Source of the DNA: Tubulanus polymorphus
Lineage: Eukaryota > Animalia > Nemertea
Length of the DNA stretch: 64,000 nt
NCBI RefSeq assembly: GCF_964204645.1
Contig: NC_134025.1
Location: 28,438,299-28,502,298 of the forward strand
Direction: 5' to 3'
Below are positions 1-15,300 of the stretch, piece after piece. The position numbers and the translations under genes are program-made. Position 1 is the first letter of the stretch. Each line of letters begins with the position of its first letter. Under the pieces are notes generated by a model that was given only the letters and a program-made list of their open reading frames with translations, was not told where the DNA came from and made no database searches.

Positions 1-1150
1 TAATAGAACAGGTTAGCTGCCCGTTTACTTACATTATACCTCATACTCATATTCAGCCAAAATAACTTTTCAAATGGAATATTAATCATTTGTTTCAGGC
101 TGAAGAGACGCAATTCAACCGCGCATTACTGATGAATATTGGTTATTTAGAGTCACTGAAATATGATGATTACGATTGTTTTATATTCCATGATGTTGAC
201 TTGATCCCCGAGCACAACAGCAATATATATTTATGTGATAATAATTTGAGGCATCTTGCTGCTGCTATAGATGAATGGAGATATCAGTAAGTCTAATGAT
301 AATAGCTGTGATTCAATAACTATTTTTGAGTCCCAGATTGTATTTTGGATTAGATTTACTAAGTGTAAGTCATAAGGAGGATAAGATCATCGATATTATC
401 ATTATCCCAACTATGTTAACTTTAAAGTTTGACTATAAAAATGTTTTGATCTGAAATTTACTGATGAGGAATTTACTACACGGTGTTATTCTTTTTTTTT
501 AGTGTAATGTATTACAATTATGCCGGCGGAGTTGCTGCTCTTAGTCGCGAAAACATGATTCTTATTAACGGTTTTGCTAATACTTATTGGGGCTGGGGTT
601 CCGAGGATGATGACTTTTCAGCGAGGTAAGATTAAACCACAGCTTCATAATTTGACAGTTTGATCAGGTTGGTTATTTTCGATGATATTAATTTATAGGA
701 CGATGGAAGCCGGTCTGCTGATAACGAGACCACCAAATTATATCGGCAAATACAAGATGATTCGGCACAATAAAGCGACGCGTGGAGAAACTTCGTAAAT
801 ATCTCAATTTCTTAATTTTGATATCGTTGAAAGTTCAGCCAGTGCTATGTACATTGTTCTATGTGTCATTGTAGATTCGGTTATTTTATGGGTTGGCGCG
901 GGCGCTGGATGAAAGATGGCTTAAACTCAATGAAAGAAGTTGGATTCAATATTGGCTCTCGCAAGATCGAACCTCTTTACACTAATATTACTGTTAAAGT
1001 TACCGGAGCTCTGACCCAGATTGAAAGTGAAACAAAGGAATCAATTTGGTGGTAAGTAAAACAACTTTTTTGTACTTTCAATTCCCGAAAGAATAGCTTT
1101 TTCTTGAAAAGATTTTATTTTTCAGGTTCTTCAAATTTTACTTCCCATGA
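1..1150 (+). CDS. GT7 beta-1,4-galactosyltransferase-family protein, 3' part (5' end outside window)
   Basis: Spliced exons (~99-286, 503-625, ~699-794, ~875-1051, 1126-1150) give FNRALLMNIG, FHDVDLIP (DxD), NYAGGVAAL, NGFANTYWGWGSEDDD, KYKMIRH and the end ESIWWFFKFYFP*; all introns GT-AG. Confidence 0.9.
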
Positions 1151-1755
1151 GATTCAGCACTAAATGAATGAACTATTGATGCAACTAGATACAAGACTGA
1201 CATCATGTTTCACATTGAACTTTGCTGGATTCTCTGAAATCTCCATTACAATTAAAATTAGTACTCTTTGAAGTATATTTTACATTCCTTGTAAATATTA
1301 GTAATTCTATGAGATTAATTAAAAACAGCTCAATCAAATCATTGTCAAACGCTTCACTTGTCATATCAGCATGAACTACTCAGAACTATGGTCTCCATGT
1401 TGATCCATATCAGTGGAACTGCCTCTCAAATATTGCACGATAATCGAGTTTGTCATTTCAAGCAAATTTAACTTATGTTTTTAATAAAAATTAGTTAATA
1501 ATATTGTACATGTATGGCTTTGTATATTGAATAGATTTTGAGGATCTGACCAAACACTCCATTATCTGGGAAAATACTGAACAATAACACAATATTTTAA
1601 TGATAATGATGACTATTTTATTAAATGTGTACAATTTAATTTGGAAAGGATATCCATTATCATAACCCTGTTCTCAAGCAGATGTACTCGAGTATTTTAA
1701 TTATTTCGACCCATTTGAGGACAAGCTGATGATATATGGTATATGATCAAACAAT

Positions 1756-2917
1756 TCAGTTTTCCAGGAAAGAGACAAAATCGGTCAAACGAGATAAATG
1801 TTGTTCGCTAGGTATAACAGCACATTGAGTGTTTTCTGAAAAGAAAGTAACTTATTTCAGACATCAAGGAATAGTGATTGCCGGTATTTTCCAGTATGCT
1901 GGCTATATCATACCTGGCTTCTTCGGAATAATAACTTTGTTTTGATCATCTGCAGCCCAACCGTGCTCGACTGCAACTGGAAAAATACATCAACATTTGT
2001 AACAGAGCGAAGCCAATGGGCTGTTTCTCCTATGCTGAACATTACTTTTAAAACAGTTTCCATAAATGCTTACCATTAATAGCGTTATCAGTCGACACCC
2101 CGACAAAAGCAGCAAAATCATCTATCGATATTGACGAATAAGCCTGAGAAACCAGGTTAAAAGCACGAATCTTTGTTGCTTCTGAAAGAACAGGGATTTG
2201 AACTCGGTGTAGATTACAGTATAATTTCTACACGCAAATGTCCCGACGAGGTATCAATTATAGAAATGCGATAATGACCTGTCAGTGCTGTCATTAAATT
2301 CTTCATATTTTCCGACCATTCTTTATTCAAACACTGGTATATACCGGGAAAATCACGATGCCACATTTTCTGTCCTACAGCCCATATTTGAGTGAGTTCA
2401 GCATCAGTCTACAAGTAAAACATTTGATCATATCATATTTGATTCGCAGCGAGATTGTTTTCGTATCTCCAACTCATGAATTACTTACAGATTTTATAGT
2501 AACTGGGATTCTTTTCCACAGAAATTTAGCATTTGGTCTGAAATAAAGAAGACAATAATCTTCGAGTAATTTTATTAATTTCTCTCACCAACTTTTATAG
2601 CGGTAGGTCTACTTACAAATCATTCTGTAATAAATATACAGCTAACAACTGTCCATATGTCTGAGGTGTAGCTATTCCACCAGGAGACTGAAATCATAAA
2701 AAATTTACAAAAATAGTATTAATCAGTATCATCTCACCATCAACGCAATTAATTGCATGATTTTTCATTTAAGCAGGTCAGGATACATTTAAGGTCATTT
2801 ATTTAAGATACGTCAGGTCATTTATAAGCAGGACCAAAACATGAGGATACATACTTCTAATTCTTGTGTCTCCAGCTGATCAGTGAGCCTCACAATGTCT
2901 TCATTTGTCATTGCCAT
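1756..2917 (-). CDS. COPS8: COP9 signalosome subunit 8
   Basis: Spliced translation [99 protein letters not shown], matching the CSN8 PCI-family sequence and C-terminus; 7 short exons, absent from the ORF track. Confidence 0.92.
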
Positions 2918-3632
2918 GTCTTTTGAATATTCCCGTTCGGTGAGATCTTACGTCAAACCATCGACAACTGAGGAGGAATAAAATGTAATTGAATTTATGT
3001 TGAATTAAAGATTCTGAGCTTTTTCACGGAGACATTTCAAGAAATAAACAAGCGAAATACATTAGAAAACAACATGATATAGTAAATCATACTCAGCATA
3101 TTCTATGATTCTACCTTTTATTGTATTTAAACCCCTAGGCCTATTTCTATTACTTTGGAAGTTTTTTAAGAGTTGTCCTACATCGGTGCCCAATTCCCAC
3201 GCGCACGTCATTTGCAATCTCGAGATTCACACTGATATGACGAACCGGCGATTAGGGCGTATTGATTTTTTGTCGACCTTGTCAATTTCTTTAAAAAACA
3301 ACTATCCATATTCGATTTATAATCAGGATAAATTAGGATGAAATTATAAGAATTTGATCCAGGCCGATGCCAGTATCGGGACTGTATCTAGGTCAGTTTG
3401 CCTGCTGTTGGAGGCGTTTTAATCTTTATTGGCGCAACGCCAACGGCTATAGAACAGATTGTGGAGAACTGGTGCATCGACATGTAAAATAATTTCTACA
3501 TTTTGACGAGGATGTTCGACGTCACATCACCACTACTAATGTTTCGTATAAATTAGGCTACGTTGCTCTATCGCTCTTGCGTGATTTATCTATATTTATC
3601 GATAAATTGAGAGATTCGATTAAATTGCGATG

Positions 3633-3651
3633 ACTTCCGGTTTACTTCCGG
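3633..3651 (-). promoter_or_regulatory. Tandem ETS/GABP-type sites (CCGGAAGT x2) upstream of EGLN1
   Basis: ACTTCCGG at 3633-3640 and 3644-3651, just 5' of the EGLN1 coding start. Confidence 0.5.
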
Positions 3652-3661
3652 GTCTAGAAAA

Positions 3662-3718
3662 GTGTACGTGCAACCAAAACAATTTAATGAGTTCAAGGTC
3701 GATTGTATGGTTGTAAAT

Positions 3719-3735
<17 letters not shown>
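3662..3735 (+). promoter_or_regulatory. Two hypoxia-response elements (TACGTG) at the EGLN1 start
   Basis: GTGTACGTGCA at 3662-3672 and GTGTACGTGA at 3726-3735; both contain the HIF RCGTG core. Confidence 0.6.
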
Positions 3736-5865
<2,130 letters not shown>

Positions 5866-7320
5866 TTCAGATCACTTGGGGAGTGTTACTGAAGTCATTA
5901 TTACATGATACTTAAATTTATAAGGAATATATTTTTTTGTAAACAAAAGATTTATAGTATTATTCAATGGAATTAATCTATGACTGTGCTACGAAGGATG
6001 AATAATGAATTATTTCGGTTGAATGATTTCTAACACTTCGTTACCAGAGAACTTGATGTATTGATTAACGTGTTATAGGAATGTTAATGTAATGTAAGTT
6101 TGCTATGAAATGTCGATTGATAATTTATAAATGTACCAGTAAATATCATCATAGATAAGAATAATTGTATCAAAAATCCAACAAATAATATGTAGAAATG
6201 TGATGGTTATCAAATTATACTAAGAATTTATTGAGGATTACTGGTAAAAATTTAGCAGATCTGAATTTAACACAGTTATATCATGTATCTAGGAAAACTT
6301 ATCAGATATCAATCAGTCAAGTGGGAAAAATGTTCGATAAGATCTGACTTTATTCTACTATGAGAAAGAAGTGCTTCAGTAATATATAATCGATAACACC
6401 AATTACACGATTAACCTAAATGGATAGCGTAATGTCCAAGCTTTATCCATATTTGTGTACATAGTATAGACTTAGTAGGAATGACTGTCTCTGAAACACC
6501 TCTAGAAGCATGCATATTTTGAATATGTGAGACAATTCGATACCAGTGATAAAAAAGTACACGCTGCCTGTACTATAAGTTATGTTGCTTTTCAGTATTT
6601 TTAACAATACATATGTATATGTGTTGTGTTTGTTACAATAATTAAAAACATATATATTGTTACAGTGATGTAAATGTACTATATTCGAGCTTGAAAAGCA
6701 TTGTTCGACAATATGATTGATGTAATAAACTTTTACTTGAATCAGACATATACGCAGTTTATGTAGTATGATTGGATTTGAACTGGTCTTCAGTAGTGAT
6801 GATTGAAGTTAGTTCTGTAAACAATAACTAAGACATAAATTTGCTATTATTGCATTATATCTTAGTTATTGTTTACAGATCTATTCGTTATAAGAAGCTG
6901 TGCAGAAGGGCGCCAGAAACCAGGTATATTGTCTATTAGTGGTTTCTCTTGTCCCAGAGAGGATCAGCTCTTTGGCGCTCCCTGCGGTTAACAGCACGTG
7001 GTCACAGTTATGTTATTGTTTACACTTCTCAATAGTATCTTATGGTGGATTGCATTTAACCATTGCTTCGGAGGTATTTTATTTCCGGGTTGGTGGATCC
7101 CGTCGTCGAAAAAGTGCGGTAACTTATTCATTATCATATATATTTTCGGAAAAAAATGCACATCGTTAAGCTTTAGATATAGAGCTTCTTTGTTGTTAAA
7201 ATTTCTCATTGAATATTTCAGAACCCCGAGTTTCAACGTCAACTTTCGTTTGGTTACACTGTGGTGGCAGCACCTCCCGGTTAATTGGATATTTTGCGGG
7301 CTTAGAATAGGTATTAGAAA

Positions 7321-8262
7321 ATGGGCAAAGAAAAACGTAAAAGAAGAAAATATCATGCATCCAGCAGCACTAACAATGCTAAAACAGATAAGGAATCAAA
7401 TAATAAGAAGGTGAATAGATAACCTAAATTTTCTTTAACTTTTTCTTAGATTTGATTTATGCCATGTATTTAAAATACTGTTGTTTTTCTATTCATCAGA
7501 CTCAAGATCTACCAACAGCAAAACTTGGTGAAAACGTATTTGAAGGCATCAAAATCGGAAGTTCACTTCTGAGTCAAAAACTCCCAGACTTCGATGCGAG
7601 GAGTGCAATTACTAGCAAAACATTTAAAGGAGTTAGTGTTACCAAAAAGGACAAACAAAAAATCAAACGTGAGGCTTGGATGCAAAGTAAGTATTAGAGT
7701 GAAGAAGATAGGGCTGCACAGAGATTCCAATGTAATAATGTTGGTTGTCTTTTACTGTAGAAATGGATTCAGTCCAGGCGGCAAAACGTGCTGTAAAGGA
7801 GAAGAAAAAGAGAGAAAGAACAGCAATTGTGGGCGATATGAAACCATTGGAAGATGCTTTACCAACGTTAGAATTACTGCTTAAAGAAGGTTCGAAAACT
7901 AAAGAAAGGTACACAGCGTAGTAGTTGCAAACTGATGAATTGTCCATATGTATCCAACTGCAATTAAAAGATGAAGTATTAATTGTCATTGAAATCTTTA
8001 GGAAAGGACCTGCAAAACGAAAAGCATTCAAGACAGAAGTAGCAAGGAAAAGAGAGATGTGAATACGGTTAATCAACTCTTTCCAATAACATAGCTGTGT
8101 CCTCCATATATCAATGTGTTTCGTAATTTTCTTTGTAGGATGGATGAAGTGGCTGCATTTAAAAAAGTTTTTAATGATCCAGAGTTCAAACAAAATCCAC
8201 AAAAGACAGTTTCAGAACTTCTGAAAACTCGCATGAAATATGAGGATTTTATGGAAACGTAG
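7321..8262 (+). CDS. SLX9: Ribosome biogenesis factor SLX9/FAM207A
   Basis: Spliced MGKEKRKRRKYH...TKKDKQKIKREAWMQK...KREKTAIVGDMKPLEDALP...EVAAFKKVFNDPEFKQNP...*; the IVGDMxPLxDALP motif is typical of SLX9. Confidence 0.85.
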
Positions 8263-8419
8263 CATCGAATACCGATTCCGTCAGCTAATTGTGAAAATCT
8301 TTATTGTCTATACATGTACTCTGACAATGTATTTTGAAAAATAAGAATTTAAATGGATAATAAACTATCATTGAAAGATATACATGTAGTTGTTAGTAGA
8401 TAAAAACAAACCTCTGCTA

Positions 8420-8570
8420 CAGTGGAACCTCGTTTTGACAAACCTTAGGGGACTAGAAAATATGTTTGTTTATAACCGATAGTTTGTTACAAAAGCCAGT
8501 ATGAAATCATTAAAATTTTTAATAACCGATAAATCGTTACATCCAAGGTTGTTATAACAAGGTTCCACTG
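8420..8570. mobile_element. Tc1/mariner (pogo/Tigger-like) MITE
   Basis: TA|CAGTGGAACCTCGTT...AACAAGGTTCCACTG|TA: terminal inverted repeats with a TA target-site duplication, between convergent SLX9 and UBE2F. Confidence 0.8.
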
Positions 8571-9029
8571 TAACTCGTCCCTGGGAACTGATGGTGCCGA
8601 CTTATCCAAATGACAGCTTTACACTTGGAAATACAAATTGGGACTCGAAAATAGTGACCACGACTTATCCGATGAGAACGTAGTTTTCTCTTTGCTGATC
8701 CAATCTTTCAACACACAAACAATAAACAACTTCCTTCAAAATGATTTAATTTATTTCAAATATATACATATACCAAGGTTTCCAGTATAGCTAAGGCTTT
8801 AAACAAACATCACATATTGTTTGAAGTCAAATTTGCGCTTGTCACAGAACGATACAGTACTGCACTATTTCATCGTTTTTAATACTGGAGTTTACTAAAG
8901 CGAGGCCAAGAAAACAAAACAGTCCAATCTTTCCATTTCACCCATAAAACGAAAACGCAGCACATTTTTCAATTTCCCATGAATAAATAAGTTCAGTACA
9001 AAAAGTTTATCCTAGTATCTTGCTGCTAA

Positions 9030-9963
9030 CTACCTTTTGGCGTATTGCTGTATATAGTCTCTTACTTTAAGACGAAAAGAATCCTGAAAATGATAAAATC
9101 GGAGGAATATGAATCAAAATAGTAATTTAAGAGATCCACTGTAGCAGTAGAGATGCTTACTTTGTTATTTTTGTAGTGATCAGCAGCTTCTACATTTAGA
9201 GGGTCATCGAAATTGAGCAAATCCTAAAAATGAATACAAAATATCAAGCCTATCGCTATTGTGAGCAAGACAATGTGACGCAGAGGAAAGTATATTTTGA
9301 AGGAATGCAGGGAGGATTTTACCGTAAATAAAGAATTCAATCCCCAAACGACATCTTTCAGCTTTCTAGTTGGCGCCCAACCTGAAAACAACCGCAAATT
9401 ACATTCAGAATACGACAATACTAAAGCACTGACAACATGACAATAGTTGGTAAAATCAAATCAAACCTAAACTATCCAAAGAGTTTTCTCTGAGTAAACT
9501 GAGACAAACTTCACCATCTTCACTGATGTTTGGATGCCAAATTCGTGTTAAACACTTCACCTTTGGTGGCTAAAAAAAGAAGAAATGACCTGTAGACATA
9601 AGTATTGAGAAACAAAATGCTTTTCAGATAGATTCTTACCACAAAGTTATAATCTTCAGGAACATGAATGTCAAATATAAAGTATCCATTTGCCCAAAAT
9701 CCCTCATCAGGGCTGACAGTGAGAGTAAACATATACATCTTATCAGGATCGGCAAATTCAGGCATACATGTTTTTGGAAGTGTCTGCTCCATTTCCATTA
9801 CCTCTGAAAGAATAATGAAATTATCATTCAAAATTTGTTACTGACATAAAGACACAATGATATTTTGTGACAAACCTTTGGGTAAGAGTCGATCCCTGAC
9901 TGAAGGCCTCTTCTTCAAGCTCTCAGTAGATTTTTGTTTCCTCTTCTTTGATAAGTTAATCAT
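9030..9963 (-). CDS. UBE2F: NEDD8-conjugating enzyme UBE2F
   Basis: Spliced MINLSKK...[15 protein letters not shown]...[68 protein letters not shown]...YAKR*; catalytic Cys intact. Confidence 0.95.
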
Positions 9964-10611
9964 TGTAAAATCTGTCAATGGAACAATCTGAAAAATACAA
10001 ATACATAATTCAATAAGGAAGTAAATCCACCACAGAAAGAAATAATATTTAAAGATAGTACCAGCAGATTCTACAGTACACAAAAAGTCAATATGAATTT
10101 AGGCACAGTAACAGGATGATTAGTGCCCTAATTAGCTCAGATAAGGAAATCGAACATCAGAGCAGCTCTGCAGCACCAGTAAAAATAAACTAACTTTTTT
10201 GAATTGAATTGACTCATCTGGAAGAAAATCAGAACACAGTTTTTATGACGTTAGAATTGCAATCATAGGAATTGTATCATCGTACACTTACCTAGATACT
10301 TCTAAACGAATTGAAATATAGTGAAGATAGTAATTATTTAGCAGCAGTAACATCGAAATATCGCTTCAAACTCTCAAACTCAAAGTATTTCAAAGCGGAA
10401 ATAGCCAGATTTTCGATCGCTTAGGCTAACATCAATAATAAAGACAATTCCTATCAGTTTTCTATCATTTCGGTAACATCATCTTCCTTTTCGAGCATAA
10501 AAGCATTTTTCCTTTAAAATGTATGAATTAAGTTTGAAAAAGATTTGAAATCTTTTAAATTGAGGCTTTCGAATATTTTTTTATGCTGTATGCGATGGTG
10601 GAGTAAACAAT

Positions 10612-11990
10612 ATGGCGGCTGTTTTTGAGTGGCCGTGGCAATACAATTTTCCACCCTTTTTCACGTAATTAATTGTCTAGTTTTAACATCGGGCATGGAA
10701 TCTGGGACTACAGGGAGGTGTCGGATGCATTGTCTGTCATCCCAAAAACAATTCAATTCGGGCTGTACGCATGGTTTCTTGCGTTTGAAACGTTGTGACC
10801 AACAAACCCGGCAACCAACTAAAAACTACACAACACAAGGCATGCAATTGCAATGCCAATTTATTGAATGAAATGGCATCAAGAAAGTAGGGCGACGTGG
10901 GAAGCACTATGTTTTAAGTCTCTGAATTCTATTTTAGGGTGCAGCCAAACGCCGAGACGAGAAAAAAACAGATAGAAGCATGGTGTAACTTGATTCTCGA
11001 ATACTACAGAAAAAATAAACTATTTAATTTAGATGTAAAAGAATCACAGAACGATCCCATATTTTACAACAAAAAAATAGATCGTATCCTTTAATAGAAT
11101 TAAATACAGCAGGTGATTGAGATTATTGAGATGTGGTTACAAAAAATGAAAGTTCTTTCTTCATTTAGGAGTTTGTTACATATATGTACACTGCATTATG
11201 TACCGGTATAGTTGACCATCGTTTATACAATTCTGTTATGAAACTTGTTAATTACAATGATTTCCACGGCAGCATGTCCCAGCTAACATGTTATATCAAT
11301 CTACATTTGGTTAATACGAAACCTGTTAATACAACAATTTCACTTTTCCCACAAGATTCATATCAACAAGGTCCCAATATTTCTGTTAATCCTGTCAATA
11401 TGCTACATTCTTAACATAATGGCAGGCAAATTAAATTTAGACGCAATACAAGCTATTCTTGAAGAATTACAGAAAAAAGGTACTGAAATAATCCAATCTC
11501 TTTAGTTTTTCTTGCCAGCATACAAACAATGCATGAATTACAACTCTGAAAAATATTTTAGGAAATGTTGAATGGACGGATAAACGAAAAGAACAATGTC
11601 TAGTTATGTGGAGAAGTCCAGAAGAATGGGGAAAAATCATGTATCAATGGGTAATTAAAGTGATTCAAATATTCTATGACAGTTTTTAGGGTACGTTATG
11701 GAGAATATCTGTGTTTGGTATTATCATTTTGACAGGCTCAATCAAATGCAATGATGAATACAGTTTGTACATTTTATGAGTTAACACAAGGTGACGACAC
11801 AGTCAATCAAGGTAATTATAATTGATTCTTGTACTGACTTATTAATTTTAACTGCTGTATATTTATATCTTGTAATGGAATTCTAGAGTTTTATGGTATT
11901 GAAGATTGGCTGTTAATCAGGGCATTGAAAACGTTGGAAGAGCAAAGAAAAGCCGAAGTTATTGGAGATGAAGGCGTGAAATTCTTTTGA
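10612..11990 (+). CDS. VPS25: ESCRT-II subunit VPS25
   Basis: MAAVFEWPWQYNFPPFFT-QPNAETRKKQIEAWC...WRSPEEWGKIMYQW-MNTVCTFYELTQGDDT-EFYGIEDWLLIRALKTLEEQRKAEVIGDEGVKFF*. Confidence 0.95.
11084..11425 (+). other. U12-type (minor spliceosome) GT-AG intron in VPS25
   Basis: 5' splice site GTATCCTTT (11084-11092); branch site TTCTTAAC (11408-11415) lies 8 nt before the AG (11424-11425), with no polypyrimidine tract; the junction restores the frame (KIDRKL). Confidence 0.88.
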
Positions 11991-12329
11991 ATAAATAATC
12001 AGTAAAGGATAGTTTCAAATGAAATGTGCGAAGTAGTCAAAATGTTTATTAGAAGCTCTAAGATTTTATACAATCAAAGATTATGTTAAATAAATGTCTC
12101 TGTATAGAAAATAAATCCATCCTTATATTTTATTTTTTGTATAATTGTCCCATTTGAATATTCTATTTTAAGTTTTGATGGGAGCTCTAGTAGGAGAATA
12201 GACTGCCCTTTCCGTCGGAATGTGAAGTCCGTATTCGTGATTTCCTATTTTTGTAAATAGTCCATACCCGTGATTTAGCTGTACGACTTATACGACTAAT
12301 GGCATTCCATTGTTAGAGGAAACCCGGAA

Positions 12330-15300
12330 ATGAATATTTTGACATTTGTTGTAAACAAACAGTCCTTATGTATAAGCAATATCTCAGTGAAGTAAGATGC
12401 AATATTTTGAAATGATTTGTATTGATGAATCCATTTATTGAAAGAATTTATCCTTTGGTTGCCGTTTTTATTGAAACCCCACCACAATTTATTTCAGGTG
12501 AAACAGCAGATAAAAATAGAGGCTGCTGAGCCTGAGGAGGTCGAGGAAGGCACACCTATAATAGATGATACAAGTGATGAACTGTTTAATGATGATGAGA
12601 TAGATAAATGTTGGCAAATCATTTATGAACGAGATAGAATAGCATTAAAATGTGACAAATATGAAATATCGACTTCTAAAGGAGGCTGGAAACCGATACG
12701 ATTGTTTGTTTCATCTACATTTTCTGACTTTTTCAATGAAAGAGAAATTTTAGTTAAACGGGTGAGTGCCAGAAACAGATAGATACCGGGATCACAAGCA
12801 AAACTAGAATGCATCATTCTTTTGTAACAATTAAACATATGTCTAGGTATTTCCTGAACTGCAAGAATGGTTATATCAACGAAATCTTTATCTGGTTGAA
12901 TGCGATTTACGTTGGGGCATTCCTAAATTCACATCAACAGCTGAAACTATAGCGACATGCATGGAAGAGATAGATCGCTGTAAACAAGACAATGTACAGC
13001 CATTCTTTCTAAATATGACTGGTTATAGGTAAATATATACATTACTTCTAATACACGTATGAACTAACGTAGAACTTATCGATGTTTGTTATATTTCAAT
13101 TATAGGTATGGTTGGGTCCCTACGAAGGAAGATATATCAACAAATTTAAGAGAACAGTATCACTGGGTTGACGATGTTTCAATTACTTGTATGGAAATAC
13201 TTCATGGAGCGTTCTGGTTGAGGAATAGAAATGCTCTTTTCATGTTTAGAGATGTTTTAGGAAAAATACCTGCAGATCACGAAAGATATTTCTTTGAAAA
13301 AGATCCCTTAGCACGTAATCATGTCGAGGTATAATTGCAAAGATTGTTCAGTGTTTAGGCTCCAAGCTTCGTTTCAATATCATATTTAGATGTCTTTGTG
13401 AAATTGTAGTGTTTGAAACGCAAAATCATCGAAAGATTTCCAGAACAAGTGTTTAATTATGCATGCTCCGTAAAGGGAGTTGAAGAATTATCTGGCAGAA
13501 ATCGGGTATGAATTATGTGAAGTATGACCGAAATTATACATTTGAACATCTTTGAATATTCAGTTTTCACTGGCATTTCTGTATTGGTTATGTGTGGTTG
13601 TATTGTATTTTAAGGTTGTATTAACCGGGCTCGATGACTTCAGTAATATAGTGTTAAACTTCTTCAAAGAAACTATTAACCGAGAATACGGTGATCAATC
13701 ATCAGCCTTATCTTCTTATCAAACCCGTAAGTTGATCGAATTCTCAGTCGAATTTCTGTTATTCTATTAACCATAGTATATAACAATTTCGTTATCAATG
13801 TATTAAAGCTTATTCCTTAGGAGGATTTCTCATTTATTGCAAAATTATGACCACAGTATTTTATAGATTAGTTTTAAATTATATCTCCAGAATTATCATC
13901 CCACACACAATACATGCATCAGAAAGCTGAAATCTTTTATGGGCGAAAGACTGAACAGGATATTCTGAGAAAGTTTTTGCATGGCAAATGCACAATTGAG
14001 AACGAAAGTAAACCAAATGATGAAGTAGTTTTCAGAAAAGACATGGAATTATGGTACATGCCTGTTGATACTGTTAATCCTATTATGTATGTAATGGCTG
14101 CACCTGGGTATGGGAAGTCGACGTTACTAGCTGATACTGTTAAATTCATGGTATCTGAAGTAAGAACTACACAATTTCTCAATCAACATCAATTTCTCAT
14201 TATTCTATAGCGAAATAACCTAAAGCTTAATGTCAATTTCAGGAATGCAATAACTTATTCTACCACTTTTGTGGTCTTTCTGGTGATCCGTGTGTACTTC
14301 TAGCAAGATTGATTACTTTCCTCGATGTCATAAAAAGTAATGAAGGTAAGAATATTATTCATATCAAAACCTTCTCTGTTACCTTGAAAGCAAACTGTTT
14401 GTTTATCATTGATTATCTTGCAGATGAAAGCTGTACAAAATTTGATGACTATCTACGTCTGTCTGAAACTGATTTGGCTAAAATATTCAAACAATCTTTA
14501 TTAGAATGTTCAACAAAACCTATTTGTATAGTTATAGATGCTCTTAATGAGGTTTGTATTGAGTTTTCTTTCTCCTACTTTAAATGATTATGAATCTATT
14601 CATTTTGTATTTCTCAAATTTTAGTTGTTGACTAACCAATCACCAGATCATTTGTCATGGCTTCCTCCAGCATTTCCGTCCAATATTTACTGCATTGTTA
14701 GTTGCGTTGAAGATCATCTGCCCACTCTCAGTCGCCTCGGGGACCGTTTGACCAAACAACTGAAAATCGACCATTTGGGCAAAGATGCCAGTCGGATGTT
14801 TGTAGAAAACTTTTTTCACAACTACTCAAAGGTACCAGTAGTTTAAAGACTGGCCGTACTAGCGTTGAATTCGACCAGGAATTTCTGTCAAGGGTACAAA
14901 CTTTTATGCTTTCAGAAATTAGATGGAGAACAATTGACTCTGCTGATGGAGAAAGCTGAATGGGTATCACCTCTGTGGTTACAAATAGCGTGTGAAGAGT
15001 TACGCACACTCGGAGATTATACACTAGTCACCGAAATCATTGAGAATTTAGACATCAATATGAAAGGTTTACTGTCTCAGATAATAACTCGTTTAGCCTG
15101 TGATGATCACACTCAGTCGCTTCAAAAGGTAATCAACATTGTTCAATAATTTCTTTTCTCATTCTGTATGCAAAAGTAACTTACTTTTATAACTATTTAC
15201 AGCTATTAGCAGTGATAGCTTGTTCTGAATATGGTATTTTGGAAACAGATGTCTGTCAATTGCTTGGAGATTTCAAACAAAACATTCCATTGCCTCCTTC

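Noticed and set aside
6900-7414. Three overlapping ORFs of 89-138 aa upstream of SLX9
   Set aside because: No recognisable domain, mostly non-ATG starts; better explained as SLX9 promoter and 5' UTR with a splice acceptor near 7220.
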